A DNA stretch of 64,000 bases. It comes from Somniosus microcephalus (taxonomy: Eukaryota). The notes under the pieces were generated by a model. That model made no database searches. It was not told the DNA's origin and saw only the letters and a list, made by a program, of their open reading frames with translations. The stretch lies in the NCBI GenBank assembly GCA_052327205.1, contig CM126224.1:17112001-17176000 (forward strand), written 5' to 3'. Of this stretch, positions 1 to 11,244 are shown piece after piece (position 1 is the stretch's first letter; each line of letters opens with the position of its first letter). The position numbers and the translations under genes are program-made.

Positions 1-1859
1 CAAATCCTTTCATTTGTCCCCGTAGTTCAGAGGTTAACTTTCTGTCTCGGGGCCACACAAGCCAAGAGGGTCCAGGTTTTATTCCTGGCCGAGGATGAAT
101 TAGCGCCCCGGGTTTCTTCTCTTGATGCACAGTAGCCCCTACCGGAGGTATGTGGGGATGTCCGCTTAGGGTCAGGTTTGGTTGTGACATCTTCCACGGT
201 GGGCACTCACCATTGAAGCATACACAAATAATGGCCATAGGGTGACTGCCCTAATGGAAGTCAGTGAGGGAGTCTGTGCCTTCTGGAGAGGAGGGAAGGG
301 GGAACGTTAGCTGGAGGTAAATAGTAGAAATTTCTGAAATGTTTAATAGATGCATAACAGTTTATGTTTCTAGCAGAAAGGAAGTTGCCATAGAGGAAAT
401 AAGTTGAAACCGTGGCAGAATAGATGTCTTTGTGTCTGCAGCATACATTTAAATCCAGTCACCCATGGTCAGTGGTGCGATGATGATGGGCTGACAGTTG
501 TTGAGTAGAAATGAATTGGAGCAGTCTCAATTCAGACATTGATGTACAGAAATCAGCAGCACAAACATTAATGCATACTTAGTCATTTCAATCAAGAAGC
601 AAAGGTCATGCAGGTGCTCTAATTGGGATGAGATAGATTCTCCAGGGCTTTACAAGGGCGAAAATGTAACTTTCCATCTGATCTTTGCCATACATGTCTG
701 GGGAAAGATGGATGATGTCAGTGGAATTGGAGTGGAAATGTTCTATTCCGCAGTAGGGTTGTCCTTCATCTTGAGCATGCGTGCAGTTAGTTGAATGGAA
801 AAGCACAGCCCGTTAGTGCAAGCAGTACAGTTCTGTCAGGAATTGTGTCTTGAGTTCCAGAGCTGCCCGACCCTCTCTGATCCTGCTACATCAGTTAAAT
901 GAATTTTGTTAGCTCTTGGCTAAGCTGCTAGGCACGCTGAGCAGTTCAAGAGAACCATTTTTCTTTCACTCCCTGCTCCCACCAAAAGAACTACTATTGT
1001 GGCTATGAATTACAAGAGCACGAGACAGATTCGGATGAGGACGTTCCATTTGTTTTTTCTAAGCTTATTCACTGAGAAAGGGCTACATTCTCCCCATCAC
1101 AGCATGTAACTGTTGATTAAATCATTCTCGTGTATTTGTCTCCACGACCCTACATGAAGGACCATTCCACGTTTGTGTGAAGTACAATTTCCTGATGAGT
1201 CCTAAATTTGCCGTATGCGGGTTTGAACCTGTGACCCCTTGTCTACCATCATTTTTATACTTGTGTTGCATCCAGTTTTAGGAAATCGATGTCTGTGCAC
1301 CACTGTCCTATTTTTAAATTCGGACAATCTGCCCTGTAGGGGTGCTGGGCTCTGCTTCTATACCAAGATCAGAGAGAAATTAATATTTGTTTACTAAAAC
1401 TGGCTCTCTTAGCATGACGAAGACCCGCATTTTAGTGGCCTACAAGGCGGGTGGAAGGTTCACACTATGGAGTGTAGCTGATAGAGGGAGACGAACGTTT
1501 GCAGTCAATAGCATTTCTATTATGTAAAAATGTCTACGGTTTTGCTTGAAGTAGTGTTTTGAATTTACTGTCTCTGTCCTGTTTACTATTTTGAATGCCT
1601 CCACAATGTTGCATTTTAACTGCCTCCTTTCCTTTCAAAACTGTTTTTCCAGTTACCTTTTTTTTGTAAAAAAAAAAGTTTAAGTTCCATCTCTGAGCAG
1701 GAACTTGGAGATTGAATCAAGCCTATTGGCAACTGGTTACAGAGAGTTGACTCTCAATATTTGTACTTCTCGCTATATAGATGACTATATTTTGCGATGA
1801 GGCAAATCCTATAGGAGAAAATGTACAATAATTGTATCAAATATGACTTTATCCCACAG

Positions 1860-2069
1860 GTGAAGAACGGAGACACTATTCCATCTGCAATTCTTCCTCG
1901 GCAACCAAAACCTACTCAGACTCCAACAAAACAGCAAAGCACAGAAAAAGAGGAAGTGGAACAGCGTGCACTGCTGAAAGTGCAGTCCAGTCTGCTCAGG
2001 ATTCTGAGCAAGACATTGGCAGCTGTTCGACACTTTACCCCTGATCTCTGCCAGATAATGCTGGACCAG
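1860..2069 (+). CDS. NUP188: Nucleoporin NUP188, internal coding exon (upstream exons lie outside the window)
   Basis: cccacAG|GTG...CAG|GTaact, 210 nt, phase 0/0; encodes VKNGDTIPSA...LLRILSKTLAAVRHFTPDLCQIMLDQ, matching the recalled vertebrate NUP188 C-terminal region. Confidence 0.93.
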
Positions 2070-2648
2070 GTAACTAATTATTGCCTATGTATTCTTAGTA
2101 TGAAACAAACACGACACAGTTTGTTTAAATACGAATATGGTTAGTTTAGATGTTCTTAGGTATTGAGATTCACAGTGTGTAGTCGGACACCGTAACACTG
2201 AAAGCTGGTACTCTGAACAGACCAGCAATCTAACCCCCCCCCCCCCGCTCCCTCAAAGAGGAGTGGGGACCCTAATGTATAAAAACCTTAATTCTCCTGT
2301 CTCTCTCTCATGACGGCTACTCTCCATGCATACCATGATGCTCACCCTCCTGTTTTCTGCCTTTGAGTGTACAGTACATGTATTTTTCTTTTGAGACAAG
2401 TATTTTTATTTGACATCATAGATTCGAAGACGTTATCTTGCTTTGTTTAACGGGACGATTGCTACTCCAGTCAAATCACTAATCCGCACGGTGTTCAGTC
2501 CCAGCTGAGGCAAACTTCCAAGGTTGGGCTGTATTTAAATCAGTACCATTAACATCGTGGATATGAGGAAGAATCGGGACCTATACATCAGGGCAGTTTA
2601 ATGCAGTTGTTTGATGAGACCTAGCAATTTAAAGCTACAGTGCCACTA

Positions 2649-2979
2649 CAGGAAACTTTGGTTTATCTGGAGGTTATATGTCTGGAATACCCGATCTAAC
2701 GGCAAAAATCAGGAGCCGTTTTCTATAAGTTTTTTTAGTTCTCGTTGCTTTTTTTTTCCCCAGTCAGGCACTGCAAGGTCTGTAGCTATAGCAACAGCTT
2801 CAGCTAGAGACGCTTGCAGCTGCAGCCGACTGTTTTGAAGCTGTAAGCAACAGGGTTTGTTGATTCACACGGAGCTTTTCAGTTCCGTATGTTTCAACAT
2901 TAACGCTGGTATGTCCGGCACTTTTGATGGGACGGCACCAGCTCGGTCCCGTCAGTGCCGGATATCAGAAAGTTTCCTG
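2649..2979. mobile_element. Tc1/mariner (Tigger/pogo-like) MITE, copy 1
   Basis: TA|CAGGAAACTTT ... AAAGTTTCCTG|TA; homologous along its length to 50153-50485. Confidence 0.8.
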
Positions 2980-3438
2980 TATTATGAAAAAAACTTTGCT
3001 CTTCAAAGTAACTTATTTTTGTCGTTTTCCTTTCAAAATTACACCCACACGTATGTGATCTTTGTTGCTTGTTTGACTTGATAGAACACACATTTGAGCT
3101 GTGTGGAAGAACCACGTTCCATATAGTTTTCTTTGCCTTCCCCAAAAGCCTGGTCAAGGCTCCCTTGCTAGAGGGAGGCTGAGTGTGAATGTCAGTTGTG
3201 CCTTAAGATTGGAATTCACTTAATCTGCTTGTGTAGTTTGCCAGTTCTTGGCTCACCTATCAAACGGAGCATACATGGTGGACATTTTATGGGCTAAGAA
3301 AAATCGTACGGCTGGAATCTCACCTACTGGGTGACAGGACCCCATTTGTCCTGATACATGTTCAGCAGGTAGATAATGGACATACCACCACCCTCCCCTC
3401 CCCCTATTGTTCTGAATGAATTTATTTTATTCCCACAG

Positions 3439-3570
3439 TCCCTGGATCTGGCCGAGTATGATACACTCTTCGTCCTGAGCTTTACTACTCCAGCGTTTGA
3501 TTCTGATGTTGCTCCGTCATTTGGTACTCTGCTAGCGACTGTGAATGTTGTACTGAACATGCAGGGAGAG
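3439..3570 (+). CDS. NUP188: NUP188 coding exon
   Basis: ccacAG|TCC...GAG|GTaaga, 132 nt; SLDLAEYDTLFVLSFTTPAFDSDVAPSFGTLLATVNVVLNMQGE. Confidence 0.95.
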
Positions 3571-3869
3571 GTAAGAGGTTGAGGAGGCATGACCTTAATA
3601 TGGCACATACAATGACGCATGTGAATCAGTGGTGATGGCTGAAAATTTAGACCACATTTATCCTAACATTCAGTTTTTCAGGGTTATTAAAATTGCTTCT
3701 GTGGTTATTACTTTTTTCATCTTCCCACAATATCTTTAGAGGTTTCCAGCTGCTTTCTCAAGAAGTAATGAAGCTATATTGCCTTCACCATATCTAACTT
3801 TTTACATTATCAAAGCAGAGATGCTTGCTGGAGTACAGTTCCACAACTACTGGCAAACTTCCAGTGCAT

Positions 3870-4110
3870 CATCCAAGTGGTCGTTTTTCATGCGTGAACC
3901 TTGGCTGTGACTCAATAGACCATTTGACTGATGGGGTTACCAGATATTCTTACTAGACATTCACATTTTCAGCAAAGCTTACTGGAGACACTGAGCCAAA
4001 TTGTAATGCCAACATTGCTACCCCTGCCGAGATCTGGTAACTCAGCACAACTTGGGGATCGAACACACGTTCTCTGTAGTTTAAGATGGTGCATTTACTT
4101 ATTAAGCCAT
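3870..4110 (-). mobile_element. Ancient tRNA-derived SINE relic (probable related relics at about 20-290 + and 6670-6970 -)
   Basis: B-box-like GTTCGATCC on the - strand and a shared AATGGCCA-like core; very diverged. Confidence 0.4.
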
Positions 4111-4938
4111 CAGTACCTAAATTTTGTTGATCAGCTGGTATTTTAAGTTTTTTTTAAACCTTTGATGTAAACAGAATGCACTGTCAGCCTATTCGTGGCC
4201 ACTAGTTTTGTTTGAGTCTTTGCTTGTGGGGTAAACTGTCCATTCCATGTGTATGTTTTCAGATGTGTCCGTCACGCATACAGATTGCTGGGCATAATTT
4301 AGGAAGGAAGGAAGGAAGGAAGCAAGTCATTTTGTGTTAAGGATTTACAAGCATTTGCCAATCTAGAAAATTTCCCACCAAAATGAAATGTGGTCTAATT
4401 GACCTCCGAATCTGCTTATAATTGATCTCCGAATTTATCTATATAGCAATTAGATCTCGTGGCCTTAAAGACACATCAGTGACAGTGCTACCTTAGCAGC
4501 AGAATAATACATTGTATGCTATGTGGTATAATGTTCCTGTCCTTATAAAACAGCATATCCTTTGACTTATTGTGAGCAATGCCATGGAAGATATGCTGGT
4601 TTCAATTTAAAAGATTGAACGTAAGAAATAGGAGCAGGAGAGTTTAGACTATAAGAATTGTAACTGCACGTGAGGTTTGACTAAACCTCTGCGATAGCAC
4701 GTCCCACTAATCGTAAACCATCCTTCAACACACCTTATTAAAATTTCTTCCACACCCATGTAGGATATTGTGTGAAGAATAACTGGCAGATTAACAGGAC
4801 GCATAATTCATGTTATCCTTTATGTGTCAAAACGCAATCGTAATAAAAAATGTAGTGTTTCAGGAAAAGCTCAACTTTTCCCCATGGCAGTTTTTTTTTA
4901 CATTGCCTGGCAATTTCTTTCTCATTATACTGAAAGCC

Positions 4939-5365
4939 CGACTGGGCCTATATTCTCTAGAGTTTAGAAGAATGAGAGGTGATCTCATTGAAACATACAA
5001 AATTCTTACAGGACTTGACAGGGTAGATGCAGGGAGGATGTTCCCCCTGGCTGGGGAGTCTAGAACCAGGGGTCACAGTCTCAGAATAAGGGGTCAGCCA
5101 TTTAGGACTGAGATGAGGAGAAATTTCTTCACTCAGAGGGTGGTGAATCTTTGGAATTCTCTACCCCAGAGGGCTGTGGAGGCTTAGTCGGTGAGTATAT
5201 TCAAGACAGAGATCGTTAGATTTTTGAATATTAAGGGAATCATGGGGTATGGGGATTGTGCAGGAAAGTGGAGATGAGGTAGAAGATCAGCCATGATCTT
5301 ATTGAATGGCGGATCAGGCTCAAAGGGCCAAATGGCCTTCTCCTGCTCCTATTTCTTATGTTCTT
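4939..5365 (+). mobile_element. CR1 LINE 3' fragment
   Basis: RLGLYSLEFRRMRGDLIETYKIL...RRNFFTQRVVNLWNSLP followed by CR1 3' UTR and tail. Confidence 0.9.
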
Positions 5366-5854
5366 CTAATTAATTTCTCGAGATTCGACAAAGGAGACCT
5401 AATAAAGAAATAACTCTGGTGTGTAAGTGCTACATTTTTTTCCTGTTGTAGATTCTTTAAGAGGTCAAAATCTTAAGGGCTTCAATTGGTCTCGAAGCCC
5501 CTAAAATAGGGATGGATGAAAATCTGTTGAGGTTGCTGCTTCTGATGGTTATCAAGTGGCCTCCGGTGGCAAGTGTGTGGGGATCTCGAGTGAGTTCCGG
5601 ATCTGCTCAGTTGTGATGCCACATTATTGAATAGCCTGTTCAGACTGGCTTGTGAAGAACGAACGGCTGAGTGAGGTACCAGAAGGCAACAACCATTAGT
5701 GGAGCTCGAGGAGGCGGGGGAAAAAACCCAAAATCTGCGACCTAAATACACAGGCTTACAGTACACGCTGACATCTTCATGGTCTGTTTCTGGCATGGCA
5801 ATATACATGCTATATTTTTGTGTCTTATCTTTACTTGGATGTGTTTCATTCTAG

Positions 5855-5928
5855 ATCGATAAGAAGAAGGAACCTATGTCGTTCAATATGGGACCACTAA
5901 CTTCATCTGAAGAGACAAAGTCATTAAA
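5855..5928 (+). CDS. NUP188: NUP188 coding exon (not in ORF track)
   Basis: ttctAG|ATC...AA|GTaagt, 74 nt, phase 0/2; IDKKKEPMSFNMGPLTSSEETKSL(K); joins both flanking exons in frame. Confidence 0.9.
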
Positions 5929-8835
5929 GTAAGTTTAAAGAAGGCAGGCTCTCTTTTAGGTTTTAGCTTCAAGCAGCAAATTCTCATAAAACATTCACTT
6001 CCGGCTGCAGTGTCTCACCAGCATTGAGCGAAGTTTGTTTTGGTGATAGCCTATCAGAAAAACAAACACAGTTAATTAAGGCTATTTGGGAACAAACTAA
6101 ATCAAACATTGAATTAAGTTCGCCACCATGCTTTGGGGGAATCTTAAACATGCAGTCTATAAATCAGGCCCCATGCATAGGCCGAGCCTTGATTGCAGCT
6201 GCCTGTTGTATACTCCTTTTGTGTTGGGATGCTTGCTGCAGATCTAGTATATTGAAATAGTTTCCCATTGAATGATTGTTCTCCAATAAAGCCTTGTTAT
6301 GAATTGATAAAATTTGTTCAAGAATAGTCGACCATCAGGAAATAGAAATTGTTGTTATTTTAAAAAGAAATTGTGAAGTTAATTTGTCAATGATATAGGT
6401 AAAATTAAATGACCACTTGCTATAGTAAATTTCTACCTCTGTAAAGCATCAGAAATATACCAGACACTGACATAACAAACAATTTCACAATTGGGTAATT
6501 TGAGCCTTCTGTTCAGCTCTCCTGCAGTGGGCTGTATTCTTTGTAATGTAAAATCTGAGGTTGAATAACATGGATGTGATGTACTTGATCCAAAGCTGCT
6601 TTTTGCCTCCCTTTTAATTATTCTCCTGAAGTCTGTCATTCATTCTGGGGTACAGTTACACATTGTAGGTCACTCTTTGGTACCTAAGCCAAATGGCCAT
6701 TCTTCGCTTGAAGCCTAGATGGTGAGTCTTGGTAGGTTCTTTGACTGTGGAGGCTAATATAGCTAAGGCTAAACACATTCTCCCCTGATTTGCATTTCTA
6801 GCAACAGATCAGTGCATAGAGAGCAGGGATGGGAAGCCAGGCTGATTAATTCTCCATTGCCTCCATCCTGAGGGTGCTAAAGCTAACTGCTGCCCTTAGC
6901 ACAGAACTTGGGACCTCCGGATGTACATAGCTCAGTGCCACACCACTCAATGGATTTGCCATTAAAGGAGCCAGATGCTGCAATACTTTGCCTGTTCTGG
7001 AGAAAGTGTTTTTAATTATTAAAGTGCTGAAGCTATCTTGAACACGGTCCAGCTGTACATACTCCTCCTCCCTTGCGATGCTAAATAAGCTTGCGCAGAT
7101 TTCACATCTATAGCTTCTGAAACATTGGAGGAACAAATCTGTTTTGTACTTATATTATTCATCTCTATTATTATTGCTAGCACTGTACACTGTTGTGTAA
7201 CTGTACATGTTGCGGTCTGCAGATCTATGGAATGACAAAAGAGTATTTTCTCTCTAGCACTAGTGCGTCGGAGCTTGGTGGGACGCAATGGGAGGAAAAT
7301 TGTGTGCATTTTATGCCCAAGTATGAGATAAATGCTTATGTCCCCACAAGCTTTTACGATCGAGCACTGTAGAAGAAAATCCACATCTCCAGGCTCTGTA
7401 GTGACACAAGGTTTACCCTTTCCTAGTAATTTCAGAAACTTTGTTATTGTAACCCAATGATTTGACCACTGACAGAAATACAGGTATTTAAGATGGTTGT
7501 ATATCTTGTAAACTATTAGCCTGCATCTTTTAAAACAATTTTAAAAAATTTGTTCTTGGGCTGTGGGCGATTCTGGCAAAGCTGCTCTTACCGTTGGGAA
7601 CTGCACCTCCCTGGTTGTGTACAACGGAGTGGCTTGCTAGGCCACTTCAGATGTCATTAAAAGTCAACTACATAGTGTGGATTAGAGTCGCATGTAGGCC
7701 AGACTGAATAGGGGTGGCAGTTTCCCTTCCCGAGAGAACATTCGTGAACTAGTTGGATTTTATACAACAATCCAGCGTTCATGGTCATTTATTCTGGTGC
7801 TAACCATGATTTGCAAGATTTAGTGAATTTAGTTTCACATCTCGCACTGTGGGATTTGAACTCTGGGTTGCTAGTCCAATCTCCTAACCATACACTGCAC
7901 TACAGTACCCAGCAATTTATTTAGATAATCTTAAGTGTGAACTATTTTAGATGCTCAGATGGCTCCTTTTTATTTAGCACCAATCGGAGCTTATCTTTTT
8001 CAGGTTAACATGTCACAAGGGATACTAATGTGTGAATTGTTCCAATTTTATGTGTCATGAACTATAGTAAACAATGTGGGGTTATCCACTGATTCTATCT
8101 GACACAGGTCCGGTGGTTAAGGCCCATTCCCAAGTGTATGCACGTCTCCTCACAGCATCCTGCCTTCTAGTGTGGGGTCTGCCTTTTGTTCTGAGAGTAT
8201 ATGTTGGTTCCTTTTTATAAACACACCATTGAAATAACATGAGGGGGGTGGGGGTGGAAATCAGCACATTCTACGCCCAAGAGAAACAAATACCTAAAAT
8301 ACCTAAAGATGTAAAGCGTCTGTTGTGGCCAGGAACTAGAGATGATAAATGTTTTGCTATGTGAGGCTAACTGCATAACCTGTAATTGACAAAGTTGTGA
8401 GTCAATTATATTCCATGTCACAACTGGAGAGACTTTTCTCGTAGCTCCTTACTGATTAAAGTCGATGTCATTTATACCATGAGTAAAATATAATCATTAG
8501 ATTAATTTGTTTCCATGATATCATGAGTCTGGAGATTTGTAAAAAAAAGTCTTTGCAGTTCCCAGACCACACGTGTGGTATAGCTTAAAATACTTGTCAA
8601 AGAGCCAGAATTTTATGATCGGGGAGAGTAATTTAATCTACACCAGCTGTTCTTTGGTTTACTACAAGGTTTGTATTTGCTCAAAGTTGAAGTATCAGTA
8701 ATTTACTTAAACTGTAATAGCTTGTACTTGTAGGGTTTTTAACTAATATTTATTAAAAATCAGCCCGCCATCCAAACTGTCAAAAACCAAGTATTTGTAA
8801 CTTTGAAGGTTTTTATGGATGTGACTTACGGTAGT

Positions 8836-9264
8836 GTCAGCCTTGGCTCAGTGATGGACTCTTTTGCCTTTGAGTCAGAAGGTTGTAGGTTGAAGCCCCA
8901 CTCTAGAGAATTGAACACATAATCTGGGCTGACGCTTCAGTGTAGTACCGAGGAGGGCGTTGCACGGTCTGAGGTGTCGTCTTTCAGATGAGACTTTAAA
9001 CTGAAGCTCTGTCTGTCCTCTCGGGTAAAAGATTGATGGTACTATTTGAACAAGAGCAGGGAAGTTCTCCCAATCCTGGCCATCACTTATCCTCTAATCA
9101 ACATCATTCAAAACCGATTAACTGGCCATTTATCTCCATGCTGTGTGCAAATTGGCTACTAGGCTTCCCTACATTACAACAGTGACTAAACTTCAAAAGT
9201 ACTTCATTAGGCTGTGAAGTGAGGTTGTGAGAAGCGCTATATAAATGCAAGTTCTTTTCTTTTT
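8836..9264 (+). mobile_element. tRNA-derived Deu-domain SINE (SacSINE1-like), near full length
   Basis: tRNA-like head TGGCTCAGTG...GGTTGAAGCCC; Deu-like core GTCTTTCAGATGAGAC; L2-like tail GCGCTATATAAATGCAAG; homologous to 24672 and 37417. Confidence 0.75.
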
Positions 9265-9516
9265 GATATATATCAATACTTCTTGGGGCTAGTTCAAATT
9301 TCCCAAGAAACAAACAAAAAACTCTTGCAGTCTACTTACTTCAGTGTCTGATCACATCTTTTACAAATTTCTACCAATTTTCTGACTTGCTATGAGCAAT
9401 GTTGAGATCCATTAGCAAACAAAAATTTCAGAGGTTGAATTTTGAGTTTAAAGTTAGTCTAAATAAATGTAAGTTTAATTTCTCCTGTCCCTAATAAGGC
9501 TGGTGTTGTGTTGAAG

Positions 9517-9646
9517 GTCCCTCCTGATGTTCACGATGGAAAACTGTTTCTATGTGCTGATTTCACAAGCGGTCCGGTATCTGAAGGACCCGTCTGTTCA
9601 CTCACGTGACAAGCAGAGGATGAAGCAGGAGCTGAGTTCAGAGCTG
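9517..9646 (+). CDS. NUP188: NUP188 coding exon
   Basis: tgaAG|G TCC...CTG|GTaact, 130 nt, phase 2/0; SLLMFTMENCFYVLISQAVRYLKDPSVHSRDKQRMKQELSSEL. Confidence 0.95.
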
Positions 9647-11079
9647 GTAACTTCTCAGTTTTACATACAAACCACTGCACTTAAACTGTTTAGTAATGAT
9701 ACGGTGTATCAATCAGGCACCGTCCACAGAATGTGACTTGCTTAATATTTAACTGTTGGTAGTTTCCTCATTTGAACATTTCCTGCATAGAGTTGGCATT
9801 TATAGGAAAATAACTTCACAAATTGTCTAACATCAGTGATCCAGAATATTGGGGGAAAAATTGTAAAAAAAACATTTTTCATGCGTTTACAATTTCACTA
9901 TAGTGAACAGATCTTCCCCATTTTGGTATAATTTCTTATGTTAGAAAAAAATTGGGTGTAAGTATAAAACAAGATCTGTGCGTTATATTCTCTTGACTTT
10001 TTGCCAGCATTAACATTTCAAAGGAGGAAAATATACTGTGTAGTACAGAATTGAATTGAAGGTTGCTTCTTGTATTGTTCCAACACCCTGTTCTATTTAT
10101 TTTCTTTTGTTACTCTCCATTTGTAGAATTTCCTTTTCCTTTTTTTTTCCTGTTTTTTTTATTCCTGAGCCTTTGTATTTGTCTCTAATTCTTGTCCTTG
10201 TTCACTCTGTCTCGTTTCTTTTCATCATTTTTCTCCCCTCTGCTGTCTTGTGTTCTTTTAATCCTATAGCAGTCAGTTTGCAAAAAATAGGTTTGCTTGG
10301 ATCCCAGACTGCATAATGTTGTTGGAACGTTCGCGCCATATTCTTGCATCAGAGCCGCAATTATCCAAACTATGGGTTGACAATTTCTCTGGTGTCTGAT
10401 CGGCTACTTGCTTTATTTTATCACAATTTGTGGAAAATATAGGATTACGGTCATGCTGACTGATACAAATGAGAGACTATAGGCTGCAGTAACCTCTTTG
10501 TACTATAGAGGACACTAAAGCACTTGGGATGCCATTATCCAAAGCAGATCAGCAAGGTGAATAATTCAGATACCTGATCACTGAATTGTGCTGTATTGAT
10601 CAGTTTTATTCAGTATGGAAACTGGTATATAGAACTTTGTATGTGCACAGGAAGATCCAGCTGGTTTGGATAACTTTGCATTTGGAAGATACCAATTATC
10701 CAAAATATTGTAAACTCGAGTACAATTAAGTCCTTTATCTGTGCTTTTGCACCCTTGAAACATATGGATGTGACTTATTAAGCTTTTTACCAAAAAGGAG
10801 CCGTAGAATAATGCAGGGCGCAGGAGCTTAGAAAGAGTATTTTATGGTCAAACTTCAAGTGATCCTGGAGTAGGGATACTGCACCATTAATGAAGCACAA
10901 CTACAAATGTGAAATGAGCCAGTAAAGCAGCTGTGCTTGTTTATTCTCTAGAGCTTAATGTTTCAAATTAAAAAGAAATGAGCAGCCCTGCAGTAGAAAG
11001 TGTAGATCATACGACTTAAGATTCATTAAATCTTTTTCCCAAATATTTCATGTATTTACTGTGGTTTTTACTGTTTCAG

Positions 11080-11244
11080 AGCACAGTTCTGTCTAGCATT
11101 TCCCGCTATTCCCGTCGTGGAGCACCGTGTTCCCCTGCTGCATCCTTACTGCTGTCGCCTCAGAGCATATCCAAATTGTGTCCTGATGGTCAGGAGCCCT
11201 TAATCCAGCTGGTCCAGGCCTTTGTTCGGCAGATCCAGAGATAA
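11080..11244 (+). CDS. NUP188: NUP188 terminal coding exon
   Basis: tttcAG|AGC...; STVLSSISRYSRRGAP...QEPLIQLVQAFVRQIQR then TAA; matches the recalled NUP188 C-terminus. Confidence 0.95.
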   Translation, partial: STVLSSISRYSRRGAPCSPAASLLLSPQSISKLCPDGQEPLIQLVQAFVRQIQR

